A DNA stretch of 63,967 nucleotides, counting the filler, from Octopus bimaculoides (Eukaryota), in the NCBI RefSeq assembly GCF_001194135.2. It is 9 parts of 8 records of this genome, joined end to end, with 100 filler letters (N's around TTAATTAATTAA, not from the genome) between each part and the next. Parts side by side here need not be neighbours in the genome. Positions count along the whole stretch, not along the records: positions 47,226 to 53,090 come from NC_069001.1; positions 53,191 to 55,771 come from NC_068985.1; positions 55,872 to 58,825 come from NC_068997.1; positions 58,926 to 60,927 come from NC_069000.1; positions 61,028 to 62,827 come from NW_026350997.1; positions 62,928 to 63,967 come from NW_026361126.1; 3 more parts are not named here. One strand, 5' to 3'. Each line of letters starts with the position of its first letter. Within the stretch, counting starts at the first letter, position 1. Under the pieces are notes generated by a model. That model was given only the letters and a program-made list of their open reading frames with translations, was not told where the DNA came from and did not search any database. A program made the translations under genes and the position numbers. Below, piece after piece: positions 52,781 to 63,967 of this stretch.

Positions 52781-53090
52781 AGGCAGCGAGCTAGCGGAAA
52801 CGTTAGCACGCCGGGCGAAATGCTTAGCGGTATTTCGTCTGCCGTTACGTTCTGAGTTCAAATTCCGCCGAGGTCGACTTTGCCTTTCATCCTTTCGGGG
52901 TCGATTAAATAAGTACCAGTTACGCACTGGGGTCGATATAATCGACTTAATCCCTTCGTCTGTCCTTGTTTGTCCCCTCTGTGTGTAGTCCCTTGTGGGC
53001 AATAAAGAAATAAGAAACGTTAGCACGCCGGGCGAAATGCCCCGCCCGCCCCCAAAATGGCCGGACTTGGGCTAAAATTTGAAACTAATA
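52781..53090 (+). mobile_element. family-B SINE, CpG-intact, with a partial internal re-duplication
   Basis: gaaacgttagcacgccgggcgaaatgc at about 52797 is repeated at about 53015. The central domain resembles the MetaSINE-type core (from memory). Confidence 0.9.
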
Positions 53091-53190
53091 NNNNNNNNNN
53101 NNNNNNNNNNNNNNNNNNNNNNNNNNNNNNNNNNTTAATTAATTAANNNNNNNNNNNNNNNNNNNNNNNNNNNNNNNNNNNNNNNNNNNN

Positions 53191-53232
<42 letters not shown>

Positions 53233-54423
53233 GATGGTGCACCAGCATGACAGCAACTTTAAAACTAAAACGAGTTAAAGAGTTACATATACACATATAT
53301 ATACTTTTGTGTATATTTACATATTGATCCATAACTATTTATATCTGTCTATCCACCTATCAATGTCTATGTATGTGTATATACAGACTTGTAAAACTGT
53401 GTGTAATTTGATTCATTTGAGATTTGAGTTGAGGAACAAGTCAACTACATGGTGCCTAGTACTTGCGTGGTATTTATTCTGTGGATTCCAAAGTGATGGT
53501 AGGCAAAGTTGACCTCGGCGTAATTTATACTTAGTACGTAAAAAGCCGGAAGGAATGCCACTAAGCAATGTGTTCGACGCCCTAATGTTTTTGCCAGCTC
53601 GTTGCTTTATTGTTTTGTAAACTAAACTGAATCTGATGAATTTTTGTCAGACTGCCACAAACGAAATCCGCTAAAGCTTGTCTATTTGCTTTCTCTTTCT
53701 ATGAAATGCTGTGCTATGATAAGTTATTATTTCTCCCCGATCTCTAGGACTGATAAGATTAGCTACCTGGTGACCGTGAGGTATAAGTGACTGAGAACAT
53801 AATAATCCATCAGAATGGGACCCCGTGCTGTTTCAATTTTCGAGGCCAACAACTTTGAAGGGAGGAGAATATAATTTACATCGTTTCCGTTACTTGAATT
53901 GTACTTTGTTTTATCGACCCAGAAGGGATGAAAGGTAAGGTTGAACTCGAAGGGATTTGAACTCAGAACGTAGAGAGCTGAAAGAAATACCACTAATACT
54001 TTATCTTTATCTGGCTGTTCAGAAAACCTTTGTCAGTGACAACCACTAAGAGCTAATACATCTTGCAAAATAATTTTAAATGTTGATTCTAAATAATTAG
54101 ACGGATGTCTGTATTGTACGATCTCTTGACATTCTGACCTGCTCAGTTGTTGCTGAATGTATTGCGAATCAATATAAGTTGGAACAGTCAGATCTACAAA
54201 ACCAGACAAGTATTTAAGCTTTCTACAATCAATAGAGTAATGAATAATGTCGAAGGAATAGAATTCTTAGGCTACGTTAAATATATTGCCATTAATAGTG
54301 AATGATGGTATCTAGAACTATAATTTTCTGCCGAGATGTTTAAGCATTTATTTAATGTGATGGAACGTTCATGAATATGTGTGGCTTACTTTGACATTAG
54401 AAATGTGTAGCCCCTTTTGATAG

Positions 54424-54473
54424 ATCACTCATTTGCAATGATAATATGCACTCATTTCTGGAGAATTTAAATG
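54424..54473 (+). CDS. candidate exon
   Basis: Acceptor ccccttttgatag, donor AATG|GTATGT. Phase 2 to 1: SLICNDNMHSFLENLN. Confidence 0.2.
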
Positions 54474-54770
54474 GTATGTGTGAATTTACTGGTACACAAG
54501 ATTATCTACGAAATACAAATAGCCTATTGCTAATAATACTTAATGTTGTACGAAACGGGAGTGTTCTAGCATCCGTAGAACAGCTAACGACGATTTGAAG
54601 TATTTAGTCATATCCCTGTATATCGCTTTCCAGGTATTAAGTTCGGTTATTCAGCTATAAAATTTCACTAAAATATATGTGGCATAGCCATTTATTTTGT
54701 AATGAAAGTGATAACTTCAGAAACTAATATCATGTATTGAATACTAAGACATGTGATAGTAGAAAATACA

Positions 54771-54810
<40 letters not shown>

Positions 54811-54881
54811 CAAAGTAAAGTTGTAAGATACTGCACGAGTGGAAATATATATGAAAGAAGATTTGGAATTGCATTTTCAAA

Positions 54882-54934
<53 letters not shown>

Positions 54935-55007
54935 CAAAGTAAAGTTGTAAGATACTGCACGAGTGGAAATATATATGAAAGAAGATTTGGAATTGCATTT
55001 TCAAACC
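54811..55007. repeat. identical 73-bp unique segment duplicated at a 124-bp period between (TA)n tracts
   Basis: caaagtaaagttgtaag...ttttcaaacc starts at 54811 and at 54935. Confidence 0.9.
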
Positions 55008-55262
55008 TATATATATATATATATATAAATATATATATATAGGTATGTATATGCATATATTTATAGTTATATATATATAGATATATATATATATGGATAT
55101 AACATATATACAGTATATGTAATTATATAAGAATTTATTATCAATTTTTATCTTATAAATTGCATATATATATATTATATATGTAAATTGCATGCATATA
55201 AATATATATATATACATGCATACGGACGCACACATATATATGTATGTATGTATATATATATG

Positions 55263-55336
<74 letters not shown>

Positions 55337-55406
55337 TATGTATATGCATATATTTATGCATATACACGAACCATTGTCCAAGACCACCACAGATGATGGA
55401 TCAGGG

Positions 55407-55771
55407 ATGGCCACCGCTAACACCAGGAACCCCTGCACAGATATCACACCCATATTCCTACTGGATATCCGGGGCCTATTACGAACAGGCGGCAAAGACA
55501 AGTTCCTATACCTGAAAGACCTAGCAACATGCAATCAAGCAATATGCATGGTGCTTACCGAAACGCATCTAACACCTAATATAGCAGATGCGGAGATAAA
55601 TATACCAGAGTATGCCGTACTCCGAACAGACAGAAGGGATAGAAGTCATGGGGGAGTTGCAATGTACATCCGAGAAGATGTCACACCCCTACTACTACTA
55701 TCACACTCAAACTCTGTATGTGATACTTTAATAGTACACATAAAACAAATTGATGTAGTTGTATGCTCAAC
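55407..55771 (+). mobile_element. LINE apurinic-endonuclease domain (ORF2 N-terminus), frame open to the gap
   Basis: LLDIRGL...LTETHL...[25 protein letters not shown]. Confidence 0.85.
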
Positions 55772-55871
55772 NNNNNNNNNNNNNNNNNNNNNNNNNNNNN
55801 NNNNNNNNNNNNNNNTTAATTAATTAANNNNNNNNNNNNNNNNNNNNNNNNNNNNNNNNNNNNNNNNNNNN

Positions 55872-55936
<65 letters not shown>

Positions 55937-56345
55937 ATGTATGTATGTATATATATATGCACACACCCTTACTCTTACAGACACTGATAATGCTTTAAGA
56001 AGTCATTGAAAACACTTAAATGGATTTTTATGCTTTTAAGAATTTCTTTAGGAAACCACTTTGAACAATTTTTTCTTTCCTGTGAATTATCTCTTTTACA
56101 ACTTTACGTCTTAAATAATTCTTCGTTTTGTTTTTGGTTTTTGCCGATTTATTTATGTTCATATTTGTTTTAATATAGTTATTGTTTATTATTGTTGCAC
56201 ATGTTGTTGTTGTTGTTGCTGTTGTTGTTATGGTATTGTTTATAGCTTTTTGTTTCTCCTTTTGTTGTTAACCCTAGTTTAATGCAAAATAGATAATTGA
56301 TTAAGTTTCGGCGGAGATATAATATCAAGAATTAAAGCAACAACG

Positions 56346-56381
<36 letters not shown>

Positions 56382-56383
56382 GC

Positions 56384-56752
56384 AACAAGAGCACTCAAAG
56401 AGCAGAAACCTCCTCCAAGACAACACCAACATCCTCTCAACGTTTAGTCGGAGATGGTTTTTAAAATGAGAATATCTGAAATAAACTCGACTGCTCTCAC
56501 AAATGAGAATACTAAAAATGAACCCGACCGCTCTCAAAAAATAACTAAAAAAAACGGAAAAATAATCCAGAGTCCTTGTCCGATAACGGATCTATACCAA
56601 AATCCAATAAGTTCGTGCCAGGCATAAGGCCAAACATCCCTGAAAGTTTCATCCGAATCCATCCAGCCGTTCTTGAGATATCTTGTCCACGGACAAACAA
56701 ATGAACAAACTCGACTGAAAACAATACTTCCGCCTTCGTTAAGGCGGAGGTA
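56384..56752 (+). mobile_element. Helentron-type non-autonomous element (HINE/DINE-1-like), apparently full length
   Basis: 5' aacaagagcactc...cctcctccaag, internal cggacaaacaaa, and a 3' hairpin CTTCCGCCTT-CGTT-AAGGCGGAGG (56727-56750). Confidence 0.65.
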
Positions 56753-56758
56753 CTACTG

Positions 56759-56806
<48 letters not shown>

Positions 56807-57959
56807 ATAATAATAATAATAATAATAATAATACACAGCCACACACACATATGCACACATACACACACACACACACACACAGTGAAATCATATTTGAAAA
56901 ACCTACAAGAATAGGTGTAAGCGCTAATATTTATAAAACGTGACATATTAATAGAAATCGAGGGAGTGGGTAACTCGATTACATAGACCCAGTGCTCAAG
57001 TGGCACTTATTTCATCAGCCCCGATAGGATGAAGAACAGAGTTGATCTCGACGGGATGCGAACTGACATTAACAGGTTGTTGATAAGAAGACCATAATCG
57101 ATATGAAAATTGTTGAAACCAGGGTTGTCTGACGCGCCAGCGATTCTTCTAACTGACAGCCTTATGTTGTGTCTAGAATACTAAATTTGATTAATAAATC
57201 ACCTGAAGCAAATGTGAAATCACAATTCTCGAATCAGCTAATTACTGCCTTACCCATATCATTAACCTGTGCTTGTTTTACTTGAGAATACTTAGGGATG
57301 AATTAATGCCCGGAAGGGTTAACAGGAATTGATAGACTACCCGTTATCCAGGTCAAGAGATTTGAAAAATGTCTAAAGAGAGAAGCAATTGCTGAATCAG
57401 TAATTGTTAGAATATTCAGTTTTTTTTTTCTTTTAAATGCTGCCCAATTTACTGGAGGAAATAAATAATATTAAAATTACAAAGAAGAGAGCGTAATTAA
57501 AAATATTCTAAGAGGAAAGCAAATAGAAATGAAGATAAAACTGTGCAAGATTGGATTGAATCAGATCCAAACGAAAAGTGTAACTAGAGAGGAACAGGAT
57601 ATAACATCAACAAAACAGTAATATTTATGACGGTATTAAGGATGTGCTGAAGAGAAGTAAGCAATAACAAGAGGATGTCTGGCGGGATTTTAGCTTAAGT
57701 CCAACAGAACCAACGACATAAAAGAGAAAGATCAATTAATTTTTCGGAGATGATTTCAAACAAAAATCAAAAAAAGGAGAAAACTAAGAAAAAGAGAAAA
57801 ATTATTTTCAAATCTGGCATTCACGAGATATAATTAATCATTTAATCACAAATAAAACACATAAAACGTTAATTTAAAAAGAAAAAAAATATCTTTGTTA
57901 AGCACAACTGCACTCATTAGTACAAAACAGCCGCACGAATAAGGATAATAATAATAATG

Positions 57960-57998
<39 letters not shown>

Positions 57999-58456
57999 GT
58001 GATAATAATTTCTTATTTTTTAGCACAATGCCAGCAATTTTATGGTAGGGAGATAGTCGATTGCATCGACCCCCAATATTTTACTTGTACTTATTTCATC
58101 GAATCCGCACGACGAAAGGCAAAGTCGACCTCGACTCAGAACATGAAGTAATGTACTAATTGTTTATTAGGGTCTATGTACTCGAATGTTCTTTTCCCCA
58201 AAAGTCTCAGGTCTCGTGCTTAAAGAAAAAGGATTCTTCTTCTTCTTCTTGTTCTTCTTCTTCTTCTTCTTCTTTTCATTATTATTATTATTATCATCAT
58301 CATCCACATCATCTTTCAATTTTGTTTCCATTTCTTGCTGAGTGTCTTCCTGACACCTAGGTCACAGAAACACACTGTATGTCATTATACTAAACGCAGC
58401 AGATTGTTAATTTACAAAGGCATGTGATAGCGGAATTATCATTATTATTATTATTA

Positions 58457-58825
58457 CTTTATGTTTGACTTTTGTTTTGCATTTGTACAAGTTGGATCCA
58501 AATCTCACCCAGAGACCTCAAGAGACAACAAGTTAGAAGTTCATGTAGGTGTTATGCCTAGGGTACCATATATTTGGATTTGTACAGTTTTGTTCAAGTG
58601 AATGTTTAAGAAACCATAAGAAAATTATGTGTTTGCTTTAAAATTTGAGATCACATAGACAGTATTTTACGTAGGATATGGGCAGTTCCCATGAGCACTA
58701 TCTTTTGAACTTCAGCCATTTTGGGGTTTCCTGGTATCTGAGCTAGGTAGTAATCAGCCCGTTTCGCTGTCATTCCCAGGGCACCTATGACAATAGGTAT
58801 TGTTTTCGTCTTCAGATTCCACATT
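58457..58825 (-). mobile_element. 3' end of an R4/Dong-like LINE with a (TAA)n tail
   Basis: Open frame MWNLKTKTIPIVIGALGMTAKRADYYLAQIPGNPKMAEVQKIVLMGTAHILRKILSM* (stop 58651-58653), then 3' UTR and an (AAT)n tail. Confidence 0.88.
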
Positions 58826-59081
58826 NNNNNNNNNNNNNNNNNNNNNNNNNNNNNNNNNNNNNNNNNNNNTTAATTAATTAANNNNNNNNNNNNNNNNNNN
58901 NNNNNNNNNNNNNNNNNNNNNNNNNTATATATATATATATATATATATGTATACACACACACACATACATACACGTATAGATGCAGATATATTTATATGC
59001 CTGAATATATTGATATGTATATATGATGAAATCTATGCAGACACACAAACGCCTAAGAAAGATACACACACACATGTATAC

Positions 59082-59147
<66 letters not shown>

Positions 59148-59556
59148 GTATTTACACATATCGTAACTACGCGAACATATTTTACCATATATTTGTGGGT
59201 GTGTAGATGATAGAGTGTATACAATTAAACTCACAGATGTTATTTTGTCCTTAATAATGCAACGGTTTTTATTGTAAATTAAATCTGACGTAATAGGAAC
59301 TTGTTCTTGTTTTTAATATTGTATTGCTACACTATTCGCCGTCACTGGTTCGAATTAAACTCCATCCAATATATCTTGAAGTGCTAATAAAATTCCTTGG
59401 GAGTTGGCACGAATTTTTAAAGTCATTAGTGTGGTAAATATTTAACTGATACCAGTAATTAATATCCAGTGTATCTGTGTGCACGTATATATGCACTTAC
59501 ATATAGATAGATAGAGAGCTAGATAAGACGGTAGGTAGGTAGGTAGGTAGATAGAT

Positions 59557-59628
<72 letters not shown>

Positions 59629-59904
59629 TTGTATGTATATATGTATATTTTAGAATGTGTGTGTGTATCTACTTATGTGTATATGTATAAAGCACAATTA
59701 TATGTATGTATCCGTACACGCACACACTTGCACACACACACACACACACACGCACGCACACACATACACGAGCACACACGCGTGCAAACACACACGTGCG
59801 CGTACACACACACACTACTACTACTACTACTACTACTACTCTTTTCCGCGTTCAGTAATGATCCACTCCTCACTCTGTTGTTATGTTCCATCTTATCTTT
59901 CCAG

Positions 59905-60020
59905 TGGGACAGCTGAACAAATATGTGGACACCCCTATGATACCCGACCTGAACCTAGCCAACCGCCTGGTGCACCACCCCAGCTACGACCTACCCTACC
60001 TCTATAGGGCCGCTCATTGA
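59905..60020 (+). CDS. candidate terminal coding exon, unknown small protein
   Basis: Strong acceptor catcttatctttccag. Phase 1 frame GQLNKYVDTPMIPDLNLANRLVHHPSYDLPYLYRAAH*, with most third codon positions G or C. Confidence 0.55.
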
Positions 60021-60109
60021 GCCACAGGCAGCCACAGACCTAAACAATGCAACCATCACTACTACCATAAGCATTATCAGCTTCACCACCACAACAACCA
60101 CCCAGGGGT

Positions 60110-60480
60110 GGACTATACTCATAACTGACAAAGAGGTCGTATTTTCATCTAGCTACCCATATACCCGAGCTGGACGCTAATCTTACACGGCATCTCTTTC
60201 TCTGTATTCTTTTACATGCCACATAGACGGACTGCATTTTCACATGTGACGTTGGAGGACTGTACTCTTTAATGGCACCTGTGTGGACTGTACTCTCACA
60301 TGGAACCGGTACTCCATCAACATGACACGTAGATAACTATACTCCCACATGGAAACCATGTACACAGGCTGGAGAGTACTTTCTTACACTACATGCATAC
60401 ATATATATACAGACAACTTGTTGGACTGTGTACTTATATGCGACCAAATTAAGTAAATATGAACTGTACTTCTTCATGGT
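60110..60480 (+). repeat. degenerate repeat array, about 8-9 copies of RRACTGTACTCYCACATGG
   Basis: Copies at about 60110, 60229, 60257, 60285, 60305, 60335, 60372, 60423 and 60461. The central spacing is 28 bp. Confidence 0.7.
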
Positions 60481-60843
60481 ACCTATTAACAACTTGTTTA
60501 AAATGAGCCGTTGAGTTTTTTGCGTATTAACTATGCTAAAATCTCAGCATAATAGACTCCTAATACACGCACACACGTGCTCGAAGACCGACACAACCTT
60601 ACACTTATCGATACCCTTACACGGTCACATATTTACATACATCTATACTGATACGTACCCATATGTATACACACATACATACACACATACACACACACAT
60701 ATATACATACATACATACATACATACATACATACATACATACATACATACACACATACACATGTTTAGAGACAGTGTGACTTGAGTACTGTTTAGTTTTC
60801 TATTAAAATTGAAATGAAAATATACAATTAAAACAATTCACTG

Positions 60844-60886
<43 letters not shown>

Positions 60887-61070
60887 ACATACATATATAT
60901 TTACATTTATATATATATATATATATANNNNNNNNNNNNNNNNNNNNNNNNNNNNNNNNNNNNNNNNNNNNTTAATTAATTAANNNNNNNNNNNNNNNNN
61001 NNNNNNNNNNNNNNNNNNNNNNNNNNNTATATATATATATATGTACATATATATATGAGTGTATATGTAG

Positions 61071-61545
61071 TGAGGATGCAAGGTCTAGTGGTCAGGATGT
61101 TACACTCACGATCGTGAGATCTTCGTTTCAATTCGTGGTGCGTTGTGTCCTTGAGCAAGACACTTCATCTCCCATTACCCTGCGATCCCTTTGGCACCCA
61201 AACCGGTGACGTCGATTTGTTGGGGTCAACCATTTGCTTACTGGAAGTTTGACCTTAATGCCCTTATTCTTTTGAGATCTTAGTCATTGGTGGTTGATTT
61301 GTTCTATTTGGTAGGTAAGATACATTTTGAGATGTCGTAAAGCAGTGACTCAGCAAAATCATTAACACACCAGAGAAAATAGTGAGCAGCATTTCCTCCG
61401 GTTTTGTTCTGAGTTCAGATCCCACCAAGGTCGACATTACCTCTCGGTATCGCCAAGTACCAGCTGAACATTGGGGGTCAACCAATTCGATTTGTACCTT
61501 CCATTGAAATTGCTGGACTTTTGCCAAAATTTGAAATCGATATAC
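61071..61545 (+). mobile_element. two decayed SINEs (about 61071-61250 and 61380-61545)
   Basis: gcgttgtgtccttgagcaagacac core in the first; gttctgagttcagatcccaccaaggtcgac in the second. Confidence 0.75.
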
Positions 61546-61623
61546 ATTTTGGGTCTTTAGTTTATCAGCCAAGTATCCTGTACATCTTATACGATGCACA
61601 ACGTCTCTCACTCTGTCTGTCTG

Positions 61624-61663
<40 letters not shown>

Positions 61664-62070
61664 TCCCTCTATTATTCTCTTTCTCTCTTCCTCCCTGTAT
61701 TCTTCTTTCTCTCTCTCTCTCTCTCACTCTCTAAATATATAGATGCATACGTACAAACATGAATACATATATATGAATGAGTGAACAAATGAAAGTACAA
61801 CTCAAAGCATGTCATAAGATTTACATATATGTTTTAATAACAGTTAGACTAAATTTCACATGGCTTAACACTTCGGTCTCCACGCCAAAATATACAAGTT
61901 AAGATTACTTACACGCATTTGGCTCGCGGGTACCTCGGACATTTTGCAAAACGACAGGGATTCATGAAGCAATTGACTTGGTGATGGCATCTCGCTGAAA
62001 TGGAAATTAGAATACGTTAGATGTACACAAACATATACATTTTATGTATACTTGTAATACATACATACAT

Positions 62071-62118
<48 letters not shown>

Positions 62119-62121
62119 ATA

Positions 62122-62367
62122 CACGGTGGCCCAAATGTAGGTTTACAGTTATGACCTAGGCACTTTAAATTTCTTTTAAATCATTTTATGACATTGAAAT
62201 TTCTATCTTACAAACTGAAAAGGGAGACTGAGAAAACTAACTGAATTAGCATAGATCAATGGTTTCATAATTTGTTTTTATAATTAAGATCCAATCTGTT
62301 AATATATGAATGCGAAAGAGATAGTTGAATAACTATAAACCTAAAAACCTAATTTTGGATCACCCTG
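62122..62367. mobile_element. Tc1/mariner-type MITE
   Basis: TA-CACGGTGGCCCAAATGTAGGTTTACAGTT at the left; aactataaacc...ttttggatcaccctg at the right. Confidence 0.7.
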
Positions 62368-62389
62368 CATACATACTTAAATGCATACA

Positions 62390-62431
<42 letters not shown>

Positions 62432-62762
62432 AGCATATTTGCCACTTAAATGCGGCTGACCTCCAAGGGTGGATGTTACTGTTGCTTTTAGCCCCAGGTG
62501 AACATCTCCTCCAGTTGGCTATTGACACCCTTTGCAAATACAGACAGGACACAGATGTAATGAATTGTCTTCTATCCACCCTACACTAGCTACATTCTCC
62601 GTCCGTGTTTCTATTTATGCGTGACGTTGCAGAGTTTAAAACTCTTCTTTGTAGCAAACAGGCGCATCTTGTAACCTGCCTTTTAACATATGTTGTGCCT
62701 GTTAGGATTATGTTTGCTGGCCAATTTATCATTATTTTTTAAAAGTAATGATAACTTATTTG

Positions 62763-62799
<37 letters not shown>

Positions 62800-62927
62800 A
62801 TATATACAGAGAGAGAGAGAGAGAGAGNNNNNNNNNNNNNNNNNNNNNNNNNNNNNNNNNNNNNNNNNNNNTTAATTAATTAANNNNNNNNNNNNNNNNN
62901 NNNNNNNNNNNNNNNNNNNNNNNNNNN

Positions 62928-63967
62928 AGTGGGTTAATATAGGCTAGAGAAATGCACTTTTCGTTTTGAAGTCTAGTGGGCTAATATAGACTACAAAAAA
63001 GCACTTTTGATTTTGAAGTCTAGTGGGTTAATATAGGCTAGAAAAAATCAGTTTTCATTTTGAAGTATAGTGAGTTAATATAGGCTAGAAAAAAGCACTT
63101 TTCGTTTTGAAGTCCAGTGGGTTAATATAGACTAGAAAAAAAGCACTATTCATTTTGAAGTCTAGTGGATTAATATAGGCTAGAAAAAAGCACTTTTCAT
63201 TTCGAAGTCTAGTGGGATAATATAGGGTAGAAAAATGCACTTTCCATTTTAAAGTCTAGTGGGTTAATATAGGCTAGAAACATTACTGTTCATTTTGAAG
63301 TCTAGTGGGTTAATATAGACTAGAAGACAAAAAAAACACTTTTCATTTTGAAGTCTAGTGGGTTAATATAGACTAGAAAAATGCACTTTTCATTTTGAAG
63401 TCTAGTGGGTTAATTATAGGCTAGAAAAAAGCACTGTTCATTTTGAAATCTACTGGGTTAATATAGGCTAAAAAAAGCATAGTTCATTTTGAAGTCTAGT
63501 GGGTTAATATAGGCTACAAAAAACCACTTTTCATTTCGAAGCCTAGTGGGATAATATAGGCTAGAAAAATGCACTTTTCATTTTGATGTCTAGTGGGTTA
63601 ATATAGGCTAGAAAAATGCACTTTTCGTTTTGAAGTCTAGTTGGTTAATATAGGCTAGAAAAAAACAGTTTTCATTTCGACGCCTAGTGGGTTAATATAG
63701 ACTACAAAAAAGCACTTTTGATTTTGAAGTCTAGTTGGTTAATATAGTTTAGAAAAAAGCACTTTTGGTATTGAAGGCTAGTGGGTTAATATAGGCTCGA
63801 AAAAAAACACTGTTCATTTTGATGTCTAGTGGGTTAATATAGGCTAGAAAAAAAAACTTTTCATTTCGACGTCTAGTGGGTTAATATAGACTACAAAAAC
63901 GCACTTTTGATTTTGAAGTCTAGTGGGTTAATATAGACTACAAAAAAGCACTTTTGATTTTGAAGTC
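62928..63967. repeat. 47-48 bp tandem satellite, about 22 copies, running off the window
   Basis: Unit GAAGTCTAGTGGGTTAATATAGGCTAGAAAAAAAGCACTTTTCATTTT. Confidence 0.97.

Noticed and set aside
20276-62875. Long ORFs in the supplied track (poly-X, YIYI, CVCV, HTHT, poly-N/S/K/E)
   Set aside because: They are translations of N-gaps and di-, tri- or tetranucleotide microsatellites, not genes.
62928-63967. Repeat array as a CRISPR locus
   Set aside because: The units are contiguous with no unique spacers, there are no cas genes, and the context is eukaryotic. The same applies to 26288-26534.

Overview
This is AT-rich animal genomic DNA full of microsatellites and assembly gaps. The SINE, LINE and MITE families suggest a coleoid cephalopod, probably Octopus (inference from repeat recognition). 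Most of the window is intronic or intergenic: tRNA-derived SINEs, decayed R4/Dong-like and RTE LINEs, a LINE endonuclease, three Tc1/mariner elements, a hAT remnant, Helentron-type non-autonomous elements, MITEs and a 47-48 bp satellite. Most ORFs in the supplied track are artefacts of microsatellites or N-runs. Two phase-matched minus-strand exons (43471-43695 and 40687-40749) encode a fibronectin-III-like domain, possibly from an IL-17-receptor-like protein. They lie in a CpG-depleted block bounded by scaffold linkers. Other exon calls rest on splice sites and open frames only and are tentative. The most unusual signals are hammerhead ribozyme motifs: one with its strands in a non-circularly permuted, pseudoknotted order (49765-49823, minus), a foldback carrying one hammerhead on each strand (42948-43228), and a decayed type I relic (14962-15029). 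All alignments and folds were done by eye; no searches were run.
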